A stretch of 63,592 nucleotides of DNA, counting the filler, from Octopus bimaculoides (taxonomy: Eukaryota), in the NCBI RefSeq assembly GCF_001194135.2. It is 6 parts of 5 records of this genome, joined end to end, with 100 filler letters (N's around TTAATTAATTAA, not from the genome) between each part and the next. Parts side by side here need not be neighbours in the genome. Positions count along the whole stretch, not along the records: positions 1 to 12,313 come from NC_068982.1; positions 12,414 to 19,855 come from NC_068994.1; 4 more parts are not named here. One strand, given 5' to 3'. Below the pieces are notes generated by a model. That model was not told the origin of the DNA and did not search any database. It was given only the letters and a program-made list of their open reading frames with translations. Both the position numbers and the translations under genes were made by a program. Shown here in pieces: positions 1-12,926 of the stretch (its first letter is position 1; the number at the start of each line of letters is the position of its first letter).

Positions 1-1392
1 TATATATATATATATATATATGCATATATATATGTATATAAATATGTATATATACATATATATTGGTATATAGATTCGTCTACTTTACTTAAATATGTGT
101 TTGTATGTGTGTGGTGTGTTGTGGTGTGTGTGTGTGTATGTGTATGTGTGTGCTGATGTCTGTCAACGTATTTCTGTACGTAAGTGTATGCCTACTTTAA
201 GTGTGTCATTCCATATAAGATTGTTAGCAGATTAATTATAAATTTTTAAGCTGACATCGTCTGTTGTTTACATAGAAACGTCATCCTGTATTACATGAGT
301 CAATTGCAAAATTTTAGAAATGTGTGTTCTCTGTCAATCTACTCCTAGAAACCTAGAAATCTGACTTTCCTATTGTGAAAAATCAATGGAATTTTACCTG
401 CCATTTCATTCTTGGTTGCAGGAAATAATAAAAACATATCAACGAAATTACTTATCCGTTTCGTAATGTGGAAGTATATGGCGGTTTTTAAAATGAATTG
501 GTTAGAAAATCATTTGTGTTTTATTCTCTGTTTTTTTACTTTATTTTAATTGATTGTTTGTCAAATGAAAATAGCAAAGCAGTTAGATGCATTCATTAAC
601 TTTGTCGACTGAGGTCATTTATATTTATGTTCTGATGCTCTCTTCAAAATAATGGGCACCACTAATTTCATTTTAGACGTATTTTTAAGTTTACTATTTA
701 ACAATCACCTATCTGACAGAGAAAAAAAAGATAAAACAACTTTCAATCCATCAATTTATCACATGTACCATAACTATATACATTGATTGCAAGCCTGATC
801 AATAAAACCACTTTCACTGCAATTACCTTCAGTAATTAATCACTGCCTTAGCAACAGCCTGTCATAGAGTAAATTAGCTGTTAGTTATTCATGAATTAAC
901 ATTAGCTTTAAGCTTGCTGTCTAATGCCGTTCCGAGTTAGATTTATTTATTGGACGCCACTCGACCTAGAAATGGTTATTTAGGATGTTCACTGTATCTC
1001 GGCACTATTCATTGATTAAGACTGAACCAACGCGTCACTACAATTTCCAAGTAATTATCTAATTAAACTCGAAACCTAAAAGTTAATTGATGTTAAAACG
1101 AATATGTTCATATTTTTTAATCTACACAGGAGGTACTGCGTTCATAAGTATGAATTGCTTTCCTTGTGGAACTGGTGTCCTTTAAGTGAGATTAATTCAG
1201 TTCATATTAATTTCGAATTACCGAAGTTCAATAAATTAAGAACAATTTGAGTAGAGAATGCAGTTCAGAAGAATCTATATCTTAAGTGCAGTATCTTGAC
1301 AAATTGCTTAGTATAGCATCTAGATGGCACCATACAATTAGCATGAGGGGTATCGGAAAAATCTGGTAGAATGATTAGTTATTTATCCCTAG

Positions 1393-1461
1393 GACTAATC
1401 GTAACAGCTACAATGGAATGTGTTATAATCATGGCCTTCTTGATTTTACTATTATTTTTTG
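1393..1461 (+). CDS. Candidate exon encoding a hydrophobic signal-peptide/TM segment
   Basis: Acceptor TTATTTATCCCTAG, donor TTG/GTGAGT, 69 nt, open frame LIVTATMECVIIMAFLILLLFF(G). Splice-signal inference only. Confidence 0.4.
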
Positions 1462-1571
1462 GTGAGTAGAGATCAAGCGCTAACTACCAAAACCCATATT
1501 ATCCAATGTGTTTTTTTCCTGACGCTAAAATATATTTCGAGAAATATTTATCTGCTATTTTATTTGGTCAG

Positions 1572-1703
1572 GAGAACATGCGGAGGCATTCAGTTCGGAT
1601 TCTGAATATGATTCACGTGTTGTGAGATGCTAATCAACAAGAGATGAGATAACGGATTACCTTTTATTACTTCGAATCGCTAAGTATTCAGACAAAATTG
1701 TGA
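1572..1703 (+). CDS. Candidate next exon (phase 1 start; donor at 1621, 1699 or 1703)
   Basis: Acceptor TATTTGGTCAG, frame-compatible with 1393-1461: (G)EHAEAFSSDSEYDSRV. An in-frame TAA at 1631-1633 occurs if a later donor is used. Confidence 0.3.
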
Positions 1704-4225
1704 GTAAGTAAATACTAAAGTCATTGGAACTTGAAATTAAATGCATATTTCAATATCAGTTGCTCACCCTCCACAAAAGGACTACCACATTTTCAAGTAT
1801 AATTAACTACCGGGGCCTGTGAATATTTCACAGGATTATTAGTGAATTTATTGGGTTATTCCTGAAAATGTTATCCAAAATGCCTGAAAGCATAGCCTGT
1901 GTTGTGACAGTACCACAAGAAAGTAGCTCATATGCTATTCATTGAAAAGTAAAGACAATTGGAATACGATGATTACATAATGCACTTTATATATATATAT
2001 AAGNNNNNNNNNNNNNNNNNNNNNNNNNNNNNNNNNNNNNNNNNNNNNNNNNNNNNNNNNNNNNNNNNNNNNNNNNNNNNNNNNNNNNNNNNNNNNNNNN
2101 NNNNNNNNNNNNNNNNNNNNNNNNNNNNNNNNNNNNNNNNNNNNNNNNNNNNNNNNNNNNNNNNNNNNNNNNNNNNNNNNNNNNNNNNNNNNNNNNNNNN
2201 NNNNNNNNNNNNNNNNNNNNNNNNNNNNNNNNNNNNNNNNNNNNNNNNNNNNNNNNNNNNNNNNNNNNNNNNNNNNNNNNNNNNNNNNNNNNNNNNNNNN
2301 NNNNNNNNNNNNNNNNNNNNNNNNNNNNNNNNNNNNNNNNNNNNNNNNNNNNNNNNNNNNNNNNNNNNNNNNNNNNNNNNNNNNNNNNNNNNNNNNNNNN
2401 NNNNNNNNNNNNNCAAATTTTCAAATAGAAAAAATATTCAAATCGATTAAAACTATCGAAAATCAATTTTATTCAAAAATATAGCTAATCTTCAGGTCAA
2501 ATTACAACAATAATAATAATAAAAGAAAGTATATATCACCCAAAAATAAATAACAAGTGAATGTATATAAAATACTTATTATATTAAGTTAGAAAAATAT
2601 TATTAGAAATATCAAAATTATAAACGCTCCATAATTAACTTTACGTTTATTATAATATAAACTAAGAGAAATATTATATGCAAAAACTAATTTTAACGAA
2701 TCTTTCGTTTAAAATACAATTTAAACGAAGTTTTATTTAAAATTAATAAAGATAGAAGTAATACTTATCTAAACGATGCTAAAGTTTAAACTAAAAGATT
2801 TTAGACTAAAACGATTATTAGAAAGAAGTCTCGTGAAAATATTGCGTAAAGAAAAAGAATAGAATAAATAGATATATAAACATGAATGAAAATTTTATTA
2901 TGAATGAAAGATTAAACTTTATATAATTTAAATCATAATACTATATTGTAAACATTTAATTCAACTTTAAAATCTAAATAATTATACATTCAAAAGAATA
3001 AGAGTAAGAAACAATATATACTAACAAAAATATTATATGCAAATCGTATCTTAACGAATCTTTCGTTTAAAATACAATTTAAACGAAGTTTTAAGTTAAA
3101 CTAAAATTATAAACGTAAAATATAAACTAACAAAAGTCAATTTGTATAAATTAATATATAAAAGCAATTATATCACCATTAAATAAAGGAAAAAAGATTT
3201 AACAAGATTATTGAAAAGAAATACAAAATTTACCTAATCGAAACTTTAGTTTAAATAAAGTTATAAAATTATAAATGATGTACTATTGACTAAACATTAA
3301 TTAGAAAATAAATTAATAATCAAAGAAATTAAATAAAAAGATTACTTATTTATCCCCAAAACAAAAAGAAATATTGAACAGTATTAATGGGAAAAATTCA
3401 ACCCTAATCTAATTGAAGTCTTGGTTTAGCCTAAGATGATAAACTTACTACTATTAATATAGTGTTAAAAAAGTATCACTTTATATACTTTATGCACAAT
3501 TTTATAGACGTAATACACACCACTCATAAAATACATATTCACCCTTACTTTTCCATTTTTCGCATAGACAGAAAAGAAATACATTTTAAAATTTACATGG
3601 TAACAATTTCATATCTAGAAAACAAGAACTTTATAGTAAATAAATTATTTCATATGCAAAATACAGGGGTCACAATTTCATGGGGGGTTAAAATTTAATG
3701 CATTATTAACAGTATGTGTTATTGTACCTAAACCTAACATATCGTCGAGTCTGTCTCCTTATATGATAATGATGAACCAGTGAAATTTAATCTCTAATGA
3801 GGACTTGACATCCTCGAATTGACTGTATACATACACACGCACGCACGCACATATGTATATAAATATTTATGTATGCATATTTAAATATGGTCTATATATA
3901 CATACGTGCATATATGTGTGTGTGTGTTTGTGTGCGTGCGTGTGTGAATGTAGATGTATACACACATACTCACACACATATATATATATACAAATATGCG
4001 CGCCTGCCTATGTGTGCATTGATGTCTCCTAGTCTTGACATCGTGTGATACTTGTAAACGAATGTCATCGTCATAGAAGCGGTGTCCTTTTTTTTTCCAG
4101 TTTCGTGAGAACATGCACGGCGAAGACGTAATATTACTTCACTTGGAGATAGGTGAAGTTTGGAAACTGGTAGAATATCCGGTAGTGTAAAATCTGCTTT
4201 AACAATTTCCGTCCGATTGGCATAT

Positions 4226-4615
4226 GCAGGAGTGGCTGTGTGGTAAGTAGCTTGCTTACCAACCACATGGTTCCGGGTTGAGTCCCACTGCGCGGCACCT
4301 TGGGCAAGTGTCTTCTACTATGGCCTCGGGGTGACCAAAGCCTTTTGAGTGAATTTGGTAGACGGAAACTGAAAGAAGTTCATCCTATATATGTATATAT
4401 GTATATGTGTGTGTCTGTGTTTGTCCCCCAAGCATTGCTTGACAACCGTTGCTGGTGTGTTTATGTTCGCGTCACATAGCGGTTGGGCATAAGAGACCGA
4501 TAAAATAAGTACTAGGCTTACAAAGAATAAATCCCGGGGTCGATTTGCTCGACTAAAGGCGGTGCTCCAGCATGGCGCAGTCAAATGACTGAAACAAGTT
4601 AAAGAATTAACGAGT
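4226..4615 (+). mobile_element. tRNA-derived SINE family A (CORE-like body), full two-module copy
   Basis: tRNA-like head with A/B-box-like TGGCTGTGTGG and GGTT(G)AGTCCC, CORE-like GGCACCTTGGGCAAGTG, central TA/TG microsatellite, 3' module ending GACTGAAACAAG plus A-rich repeats. Many further copies in the window. Confidence 0.9.
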
Positions 4616-5653
4616 TATATGCTTGGGAAAATGGTTGTAAAAACGAGGATGATGATATAAAAACGAATTTTAATGAACATTTTGAAATTTCATGCATTAA
4701 AAAGAGAAGGGAGATGTAAGATTTAATGAACTTCTGTGTGATGGTTGTAACTGTAAAACATATCAGTCAACTCCCGTTTACATCAGTCGGTCTTAAACAA
4801 GAAAAGAACACATTGCGTGATGGGGTTTTGGAGTCCAATAAAGCGATTCGAATAACACATTTATATTTATTTGATCACAAGAATGTTCTGCTAAATATGA
4901 CACCTTGCTATAAACGATACAACATCGATAATAGAAATGATCCATTATTTATAAACAGGTATCTTTGTTGCCTATAGAGTTTAACATGGTTAGATTTATA
5001 TACAGGTCACCATAGTTCAGTATTATCAAGTAGAAGGTTTAATTGGTAGTTTAGGGTCGTGCTTGAAAGATTAATGCTAGCACCGAACAGCGCCAGCAGG
5101 CAAAACTTTATTTTTGTCGTGATTACATCGATATTATTGATATTAACAGTTGTTGATTTTGCTGTTGCATTAGCGGCTTCTTCGTAACTTGCTTTCTCCT
5201 TATCTTCCTTTCTTTTTAGCAATATTACTTCTGTATTCCCTTCCTTCTTTCTTACCTTGTATCATTCCTTCAATCTTTCGATCGCTTTTCTTTAATTCTC
5301 AAGTTTTTTCGTTCTCTTTACTTTCTTTCTTTATTTCTTTCTTTTTTCTTTGCTTCTCCCTTCCCTTCTTATATGTGACTAACTTTTTACCTTCATGGCC
5401 GTAGCTCTGTTTGCCGTTGCGATTGTCGTTGATGTTATAGTGGAGACTTTACCAGATTGAAGATTTATGTCTGTAAAGTTAGGGTCGTGTTATTTCACAT
5501 ATGTAATGTTTAGTACTATGGATTCTAGGGCTAGTTTTTGTAATGCTGGAAAAAATGATGTCCCTAACGTACTAAACCCTCCATCATCACATATTAATAG
5601 GTCAGCCACCATGGTAATCTGTGTGTGACGACTCTTTTTCCACCAACTGACAG

Positions 5654-5766
5654 ACGAATAACAACGAATCTTTAGATTCGATACTTCTCACGACAATTCA
5701 GTTTCCAGACTCGGCTGCGGATCCTATTAATTATCAACGAAACATCTTAACTCCAACATCATCAAG
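5654..5766 (+). CDS. Candidate internal exon (phase 0 to 2)
   Basis: Acceptor CTCTTTTTCCACCAACTGACAG, donor AAG/GTAATT; only one open frame: TNNNESLDSILLTTIQFPDSAADPINYQRNILTPTSS. Confidence 0.25.
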
Positions 5767-5964
5767 GTAATTGAGAGTACCATAAACAATTACTATCTTC
5801 ATCGCTTTTTATCTCTCTCCATCCTCGTAATCATCAGTGCGGTTTTTTTAAACCAGAAGTTTTTCGCCTTTTTAGGAAAATAAATGAGTTTTCTGCTAAT
5901 GTCGCCAGTGTTTTAACAATGTTAACCTTGTCATCAACAATTGGACATTACTATCTCCTGTCTT

Positions 5965-6194
5965 ACGACTCATAAGGTCAGCTACACGGTTTCCATAGTG
6001 TATAAGTTACCGAAATCACAACACTTCCACGAACAAGATAACAGTCCTTTGCAGGGTTACTTATTTACAGCTGAGCAGACTGAAGCAACATGAAATTAAG
6101 CGTTTTGCTCCTGAAAAACTCACCGCCCGACCCGGAAGTCGAAACTGTAACCTTGCGGTATTGATTACAACACATTAACCTCGAGGCCACATCC
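5965..6194 (-). mobile_element. Degenerate tRNA-derived SINE (family C)
   Basis: rc has a B-box-like GTTTCGACTTCC and body TTTCATGTTGCTTCAGTCTGCTCAGCTG. Confidence 0.6.
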
Positions 6195-7212
6195 AATATC
6201 AAGTCATTGAAATATTCTGAGTTTGTCCAGTGTGGCTTCAATTTTCTCCGTAATAATTCTTATATCTCGTCTTATCAACTCTGGTGTTGCTGAAGTTTCA
6301 GTTATGTCTCTTATGCTCTTCTCGTTGAATATCAAAAATATACTTAACGTAAATTACTGGCACGAATGGAAAGTATTATCTTTCACTCTGTTCATATAAA
6401 TAACCATGTGCTGTCAAAATAACCATTTGCTACTAACGCCAGACTTACAATGCCTCTCAGAGCAGTACAAGGCTGACATAAAAACATTACTCGATAGAGA
6501 CATCACATCACTGCCTACTTCATCAATACAAAGATATAATTAGTAAATACGTCAACGAAGCATTGGTGTACCAAATTCTACCTACTTATTGATTGAATGA
6601 AATAAAAACCAACACCATTCCTACGAATGCTTGGCCTAACAATCTGAATTATATTTCTCTTGGCAAAATTGGCGATCATTTGTAAATCTTCATCGGAATC
6701 ATTGGATTTCCTCAGCAAGGACAGATTCCTGACTAGTTGTTAACCTGCGACGAAGCTCATGTAAGATGACCATTGGAATAATGTTAACACATCTGGGACT
6801 ATGCTGCTACAGCCATCTTAATGGTTTTTAAAATAGAACTTCGAATTAATGGCAAATTTTGTAGTCCTTTATACAAACCAAACTTCTGTTTACTTGCTCT
6901 TTCTTTGCTTCTCTTCTGAACTAGGTAGTCCATTGTCCGTCTGTCCTGGCCAATTTGTAAATTTTTTTCCCATTCCTCAAGTCATCTTAGCGTCATATTG
7001 CTGCAGTGAACACTAATCATTCATATTCATATCTGCAGTCACGTGAAATTCCATTTCCACCTTTTCTCCTTCACATGTCTTTTTCCTGCTCATGTACACG
7101 TAAAAATATGTCATCTGAACATTAGATGCATCAACCTCTGTCACAGCAATGAATTTATCTCGGAATCGTTCACTAAACGGTTGATTTACGTAACATATAA
7201 ATATTTTTTTTA

Positions 7213-7436
7213 GCGCGGTGAGCTGGAAGATTCGCTAGAGCAGCAGGGAAATGCATTACAGGATTGCACTCGCCGTTTTGAAGTTCTAATTTCAAATCCC
7301 GCCGCGTTCAACTTCGCTATTCATTTCTCCAGGATCTATAAAATAAAGTTTCAGTTAAGTATCAGGAATGATAGTATCAACGAATTCTTTTCATTCCATC
7401 GAAAATGCAGGCCTTGTATCTAAATCAGAAAGCAAA
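7213..7436 (+). mobile_element. SINE family B, degenerate copy
   Basis: GCGGTGAGCTGG...TTCAAATCCCGCCG...TATAAAATAAAG...GGCCTTGT. Confidence 0.7.
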
Positions 7437-8148
7437 ATATGATATTGTCCATATTGACTATGTAAATTGTTCCTTTAGCTCAGTTTTCCAGGGATCCTTG
7501 GCAACGCAGACGTTACAACATTGAGTGACATATTCATTCAGCTGATTTTACTGAGTTTTCCATACGTTTTTACTGTTCATTTTATTTGTTTTGTTATCCT
7601 TCTCATTGCTATTGATTTTCTTCAGAAATTGCTGAATTGCCGAGTTTAGATTCATCGTAATAAAAAATCATCAATTATTTTTCTGTTTTCATTTTTGTTT
7701 ACAAAACCCAACGTAAAATTTCTACTTCTCAATAAATTTGAATAAATAATTGCCTCATTTTGTTTTAACTCTCATTTGAAAAATATATATATAAATTAGT
7801 GGTTATATTTTATGCCTATGACATTTAATTTTATCTATAGTTCTATATTTCAGATGATTTTTTGTTGTTCTCATTTTATTGTACTTGGGTGTTTTCCATT
7901 TTATGTATGTTTAAGTTCGTGAATTATGTTCACTGAAGTTGTGTTTATTTTGTGAAGGAGTTACCGTAGCGTAAAAATAAAGTGATTCCATAGTTTCTCT
8001 GATTTCACACAGGTCAATAATGGCTTAGGAGAAAAAAATAACACCAAAAGCTTCATGATAACAACTCAACTCCCACATCCCATACATCATTGATTTTGAT
8101 ACCCACGAAAGAAATATAATCGCGCGCATATGACTTTGTATGTGTTTT

Positions 8149-8202
<54 letters not shown>

Positions 8203-8759
8203 NNNNNNNNNNNNNNNNNNNNNNNNNNNNNNNNNNNNNNNNNNNNNNNNNNNNNNNNNNNNNNNNNNNNNNNNNNNNNNNNNNNNNNNNNNNNNNNNNN
8301 NNNNNNNNNNNNNNNNNNNNNNNNNNNNNNNNNNNNNNNNNNNNNNNNNNNNNNNNNNNNNNNNNNNNNNNNNNNNNNNNNNNNNNNNNNNNNNNNNNNN
8401 NNNNNNNNNNNNNNNNNNNNNNNNNNNNNNNNNNNNNNNNNNNNNNNNNNNNNNNNNNNNNNNNNNNNNNNNNNNNNNNNNNNNNNNNNNNNNNNNNNNN
8501 NNNNNNNNNNNNNNNNNNNNNNNNNNNNNNNNNNNNNNNNNNNNNNNNNNNNNNNNNNNNNNNNNNNNNNNNNNNNNNNNNNNNNNNNNNNNNNNNNNNN
8601 NNNNNNNNNNNNNNNNNNNNNNNNNNNNNNNNNNNNNNNNNNNNNNNNNNNNNNNNNNNNNNNNNNNNNNNNNNNNNNNNNNNNNNNNNNNNNNNNNNNN
8701 NNNNNNNNNNNNNNNNNNNNNNNNNNNNNNNNNNNNNNNNNNNNNNNNNNNNNNNNNNN

Positions 8760-8799
<40 letters not shown>

Positions 8800-8854
8800 A
8801 TATATACACACACATACACACACACTCACACACACATATATACATATATTTACA

Positions 8855-9095
8855 GGGACGTAAACACACCAGCATCGGTTGTAGAGTTATGTTGGGAGAC
8901 AAACACACACACACAAACACACACAGACACACTCACACATATATATATATATACGATGGACTTGATACAGTTTCCTCAACAAAATCACTCACAAGTCTCT
9001 AGTCGGCCCGTCGCTCAAGGTGCTACGCAGTGGGACCTAACCCAGAACCATGAGTTTGGGAAGCACGTTTCTGACCACACAGCCACGCCTGTGCC
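8855..9095 (-). mobile_element. SINE family A, degenerate copy
   Basis: rc similarity to 4226-4480. Confidence 0.8.
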
Positions 9096-9299
9096 TCGTA
9101 AATATATAAGTATAGTAATGTTATTACTAATAACAATAATGATCTTTAAGTGGAATTTATAAATATTCTAATGCATCGCTACGCGCGTTTCTACGAGTGA
9201 CATGTTTCTTAAGATCATCATCGTATACCTGAGATGATTATTGTGCATATATATATATATATATATACATGTATACACGCGGGCGCGTTTAGAGACATA

Positions 9300-9420
9300 C
9301 TAAGTCGGATTAATAAGTATCAGGACTGGTGCTATAAAACCATAACTACTATACGTACCAATTTGGCATTTAATCTCCTTCAAAGTAGTCCCCTTCGGAA
9401 CATATATGGCCTTCATTGCT
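9300..9420. mobile_element. Degenerate mariner-like terminal remnant
   Basis: AATAAGTATCAGGACTGG...TTTAATCTCCTTCAAAGTAGTCCCCTT resembles mariner subterminal sequence (from memory). No partner TIR found. Confidence 0.3.
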
Positions 9421-11604
9421 GGCAATATTCTGCTACTGCTGTCTGGTTGAGTGTCTGTCTATAGGTTCACATGCAAATTTCCTTTCGTAACTTCCCTACT
9501 CTACTTCAGTATTCTTCCAGATGAATATTATCACGCAGTACAAACATTTTTATGATCACATCCGACGAACTAGGTAACAGGTCACTGATTTCTAAAGTCC
9601 CTCTTCCATTATATACCACGCGTTTCTCTATTGTTTTCTCTTATCATCTCTTTGGTTTCTTTATTCAGCTATCATAGACGAATGTGTGCTCGAATTGCAG
9701 AAAAGCAAAAATTGTAGCCATGCTTATCGTGTTAAACTGGGTTCAGTATAATCACTTATTTCGTTTTATAATCCCTATTAGCCACTGCATCTCCAGTCAC
9801 AAACAGAATGATTCCTGTATAAATGCATTTAGAATGAATTCTTATGGTCTGTTTCTTGAGGAAAATCACCGTGAAAGGAATGTTGTTAGAAATGATATCA
9901 CCAAAGCCTTTGGCAATATATAATCTTTGTCTATGTACGTCATTAAATGATTGTGAATAAATGCTTTCAAATGGGATTCATTCAATCATTCATTTCAAGT
10001 ATTCTTAATCAATTAAATTTTATTCTAATGAGTTTTCATTCTGCCACTTTACCAGTGATGCTCTTTGTGTTGATAACGAGTTAAATTATAATTTAAATTC
10101 ATTTTTGTTTACTTCTCGCTTTTATTTTTCTCTCTTCTATTGGAATTAAAGCGTATCTATCTGACACACATTCTATCAATTCTAATGCTGTCTAATGTTC
10201 AGCAACGGTATTCATATTTTTTCCTTCTGTACAATAATAATTTTGCTGTCGTTTCTAAACAAACTCATCATATGCAAATAACACCACTTATCTTTTCATA
10301 GACAACTACATTCATATGTAATCTACAACTTACGCGTAACTTATGCGTACAGAAGCCTTCCTCTAACGAGAGCAAAGAAATTTGAACCATTTCAAAATGT
10401 CAAGGTTCGATTATAACAAACGTCAAAGAAACACATGTACCACATCGAACAGTGTTTCTCAGACTGACTTATCTGGATCAATAATTATGCAGTTACATAG
10501 AAAGGCAAGTCGCATCAACTACGTGAATTCATGTTCAATCACACTACCTAGTACTTTTTAGAAAGTATCTACTACAGTAATCACTGAGCAACCAAATTTT
10601 TGCGACAAATTTAGAAGACTGAAACTGTGTGGAAGCATGCCAACAGGATCGCTCTTGCATCTAGTTATTAGACATAAGCTGTTGCACGATTCAAATGCAC
10701 CACCTTCTCCGTGATTGCTTTCGGTAGAGTCGCAAGTATTAGAGCGAAGACTAATTTTTTTGCATGAAAAATGTCAGTTTAAGTACAGGATTTTGGTTTG
10801 ATAAAAGTTCTTCCTTCCCTCAGTATAGTCATGGAGTCCCCAGAATTGGTCATCGGCCTGGTTCTTCTTCTAATAAAATCACATTTAAAAAAAAAAGCGA
10901 AGACACTGTATAACTTAAAGGAAACCACCATTCGATGCATTATAAAAATAAATTCTAAAATATTACAATTAGATGCTTTTAAACAGTTATTTTACGAATT
11001 GCTGCTCCTCTGAACTGGCATGCCAACCAGATGCACTCTTTCACAACCTTTCCCCTTCACCACGAATCCATATTGTATACGAAAAAATTTCCCTGATAAT
11101 TCTAATAATGTATCTTTCCGAAATTTCCTTCGACACATTCTTCCGAGAAACGTAATCATCTCAACGATTTCTCCGTGACTATATTTTTTCATTCGTTATG
11201 TGTTATCTATATATTTTCTATTTGTAGTAGATATATATGTCGACATATATGAGTATTTACTTGTTCTCCTGTTGTTGTGTGTGTGTAATTGAGATGACAT
11301 TAGATGATTTAGGTAACATATATATATATGTATGTATGTATGTATACATATGTGTGTGTGTGTGTATGTGTGTGTATATGTGTGTATCTATCTATTTATC
11401 TATCTGTCTACATATACATACGTACATCTATATGTGTTTGTTCAGGTATGTATGTATGTTTGTATGTATGTATGTATGTATGGAAACGCAGGGGAAATTA
11501 TAAACCTCCAAGTGGTTTTCGTCATTCGAAGTTGATGATACACTCCATCACTAACTCTTCGTCCGGGCAAATAATCTGTGCGTGTGTGTGTATGTGTGTG
11601 TGTG

Positions 11605-11698
<94 letters not shown>

Positions 11699-12313
11699 TG
11701 GGTGTGTGCCTGCGTGTGACGTGAATTATGTATTATGTATTGATGTGAATCCCAGAAAGAAAACATAAAAGGGGAAATATCTTTTAGAATATCTTCCATT
11801 TCAACAACAAGGTGCCTTTGACAGCTAGAGTACTTATAAGTGTTCATTTCTTTCACTATATAATCTTTTTATGCAGTTATACATAACTTCATTTAGTCCA
11901 ACACTACTGTCGGTTATTATCAAAATAAAATGGATTGTGCAAGGAACAAAGAAAATTTATTTCTCTTCCAGTGTTTTATCATATTACCGGAGTTGTCTCT
12001 GGAAATTATATCCTAATACACATACACACACACACGCATATATTTATGTATATATATGTATATATGGATATGTGTGTGTGTATATATAGATGAAGGCTAA
12101 ATACATACATACATGTATACACGCAAATACACATATATATAAATGGTTTTATATTTATATTTATATGTGTGTATATGAGTGTATGAGAAAATATTTGGAT
12201 TTGTGAGCTTTCAAAAGATGTGTTCAATACACAAACTACTATGTACACATAGATATACACTCGTTCATATATGTGTGTGCATGTATGTAATACGTATGTA
12301 TGCATGTATATAT

Positions 12314-12413
12314 NNNNNNNNNNNNNNNNNNNNNNNNNNNNNNNNNNNNNNNNNNNNTTAATTAATTAANNNNNNNNNNNNNNNNNNNNNNNNNNNNNNN
12401 NNNNNNNNNNNNN
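12314..12413. other. Artificial 100-bp scaffolding gap spacer (44 N + TTAATTAATTAA + 44 N)
   Basis: Identical construct at 19856-19955, 41381-41480, 59031-59130 and 62491-62590. The 12-mer gives stops in all six frames. Confidence 0.97.
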
Positions 12414-12630
12414 GTCAAGCGATGGTGAGGGGGGGGCACAAACAAATACGCGCGGGCGCACATATATATGACGGGCTTCTTTCAGTTACCCTCTGCCAAG
12501 TCCACTTACGAGACTTTGGTCGACCCGACGATATAGTAGAAGACATTTACCCAGGGTGCCACGCAGTGGGACTGAACCCGGAACCATGTGGTTGGGAAGC
12601 AAGCTTCTTACCACTCAGTCACTCTTGCCC
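12414..12630 (-). mobile_element. SINE family A copy (3' part cut by gap)
   Basis: rc of head and CORE-like body: CCCAGGGTGCCACGCAGTGGGACTGAACCCGGAACCATGTGG. Confidence 0.9.
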
Positions 12631-12855
12631 CTATAAAATTCTGGCAGTATTGTGAACTGAACTGATAAAGTACCATAATCAAATCATAGTTGACTTTATT
12701 TCTCTCTCTCTCTCTCTCTCACTTTGTATCAAATGGTACTCGACCATCTTGAAAAGAAGACATTGATAAACTAGTCTTAATAACACGTCTTGGATGCATT
12801 TTACTTAAAAGAAATAAAAAGGAGAGAAAGAGAGAGAGAGAGAAAGAGGGAGAGG

Positions 12856-12926
<71 letters not shown>

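Noticed and set aside
2414-3700. Assignment as a NUMT (hydrophobic frames with TGA as Trp)
   Set aside because: Frequent TAA/TAG, no codon-position bias in the frame I counted, and no recognisable mitochondrial gene or rRNA motif.
3970-4266. 98-aa minus-strand ORF and a plus-strand acceptor at 4100
   Set aside because: The ORF starts in a SINE and ends in a microsatellite; no recognisable domain or convincing donor.
5007-5480. Thr/Ala-rich minus-strand ORFs
   Set aside because: Explained by degenerate GTT/GAT trinucleotide low complexity; no splice or homology support.
6800-7190. Protein-like minus-strand frames (LEEWEKNL..., KFIAVTEVDAS...FYVY) hinting at P-element or piggyBac transposase
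   Set aside because: Only a few residues match, no diagnostic catalytic motif, no TIRs; could be chance.
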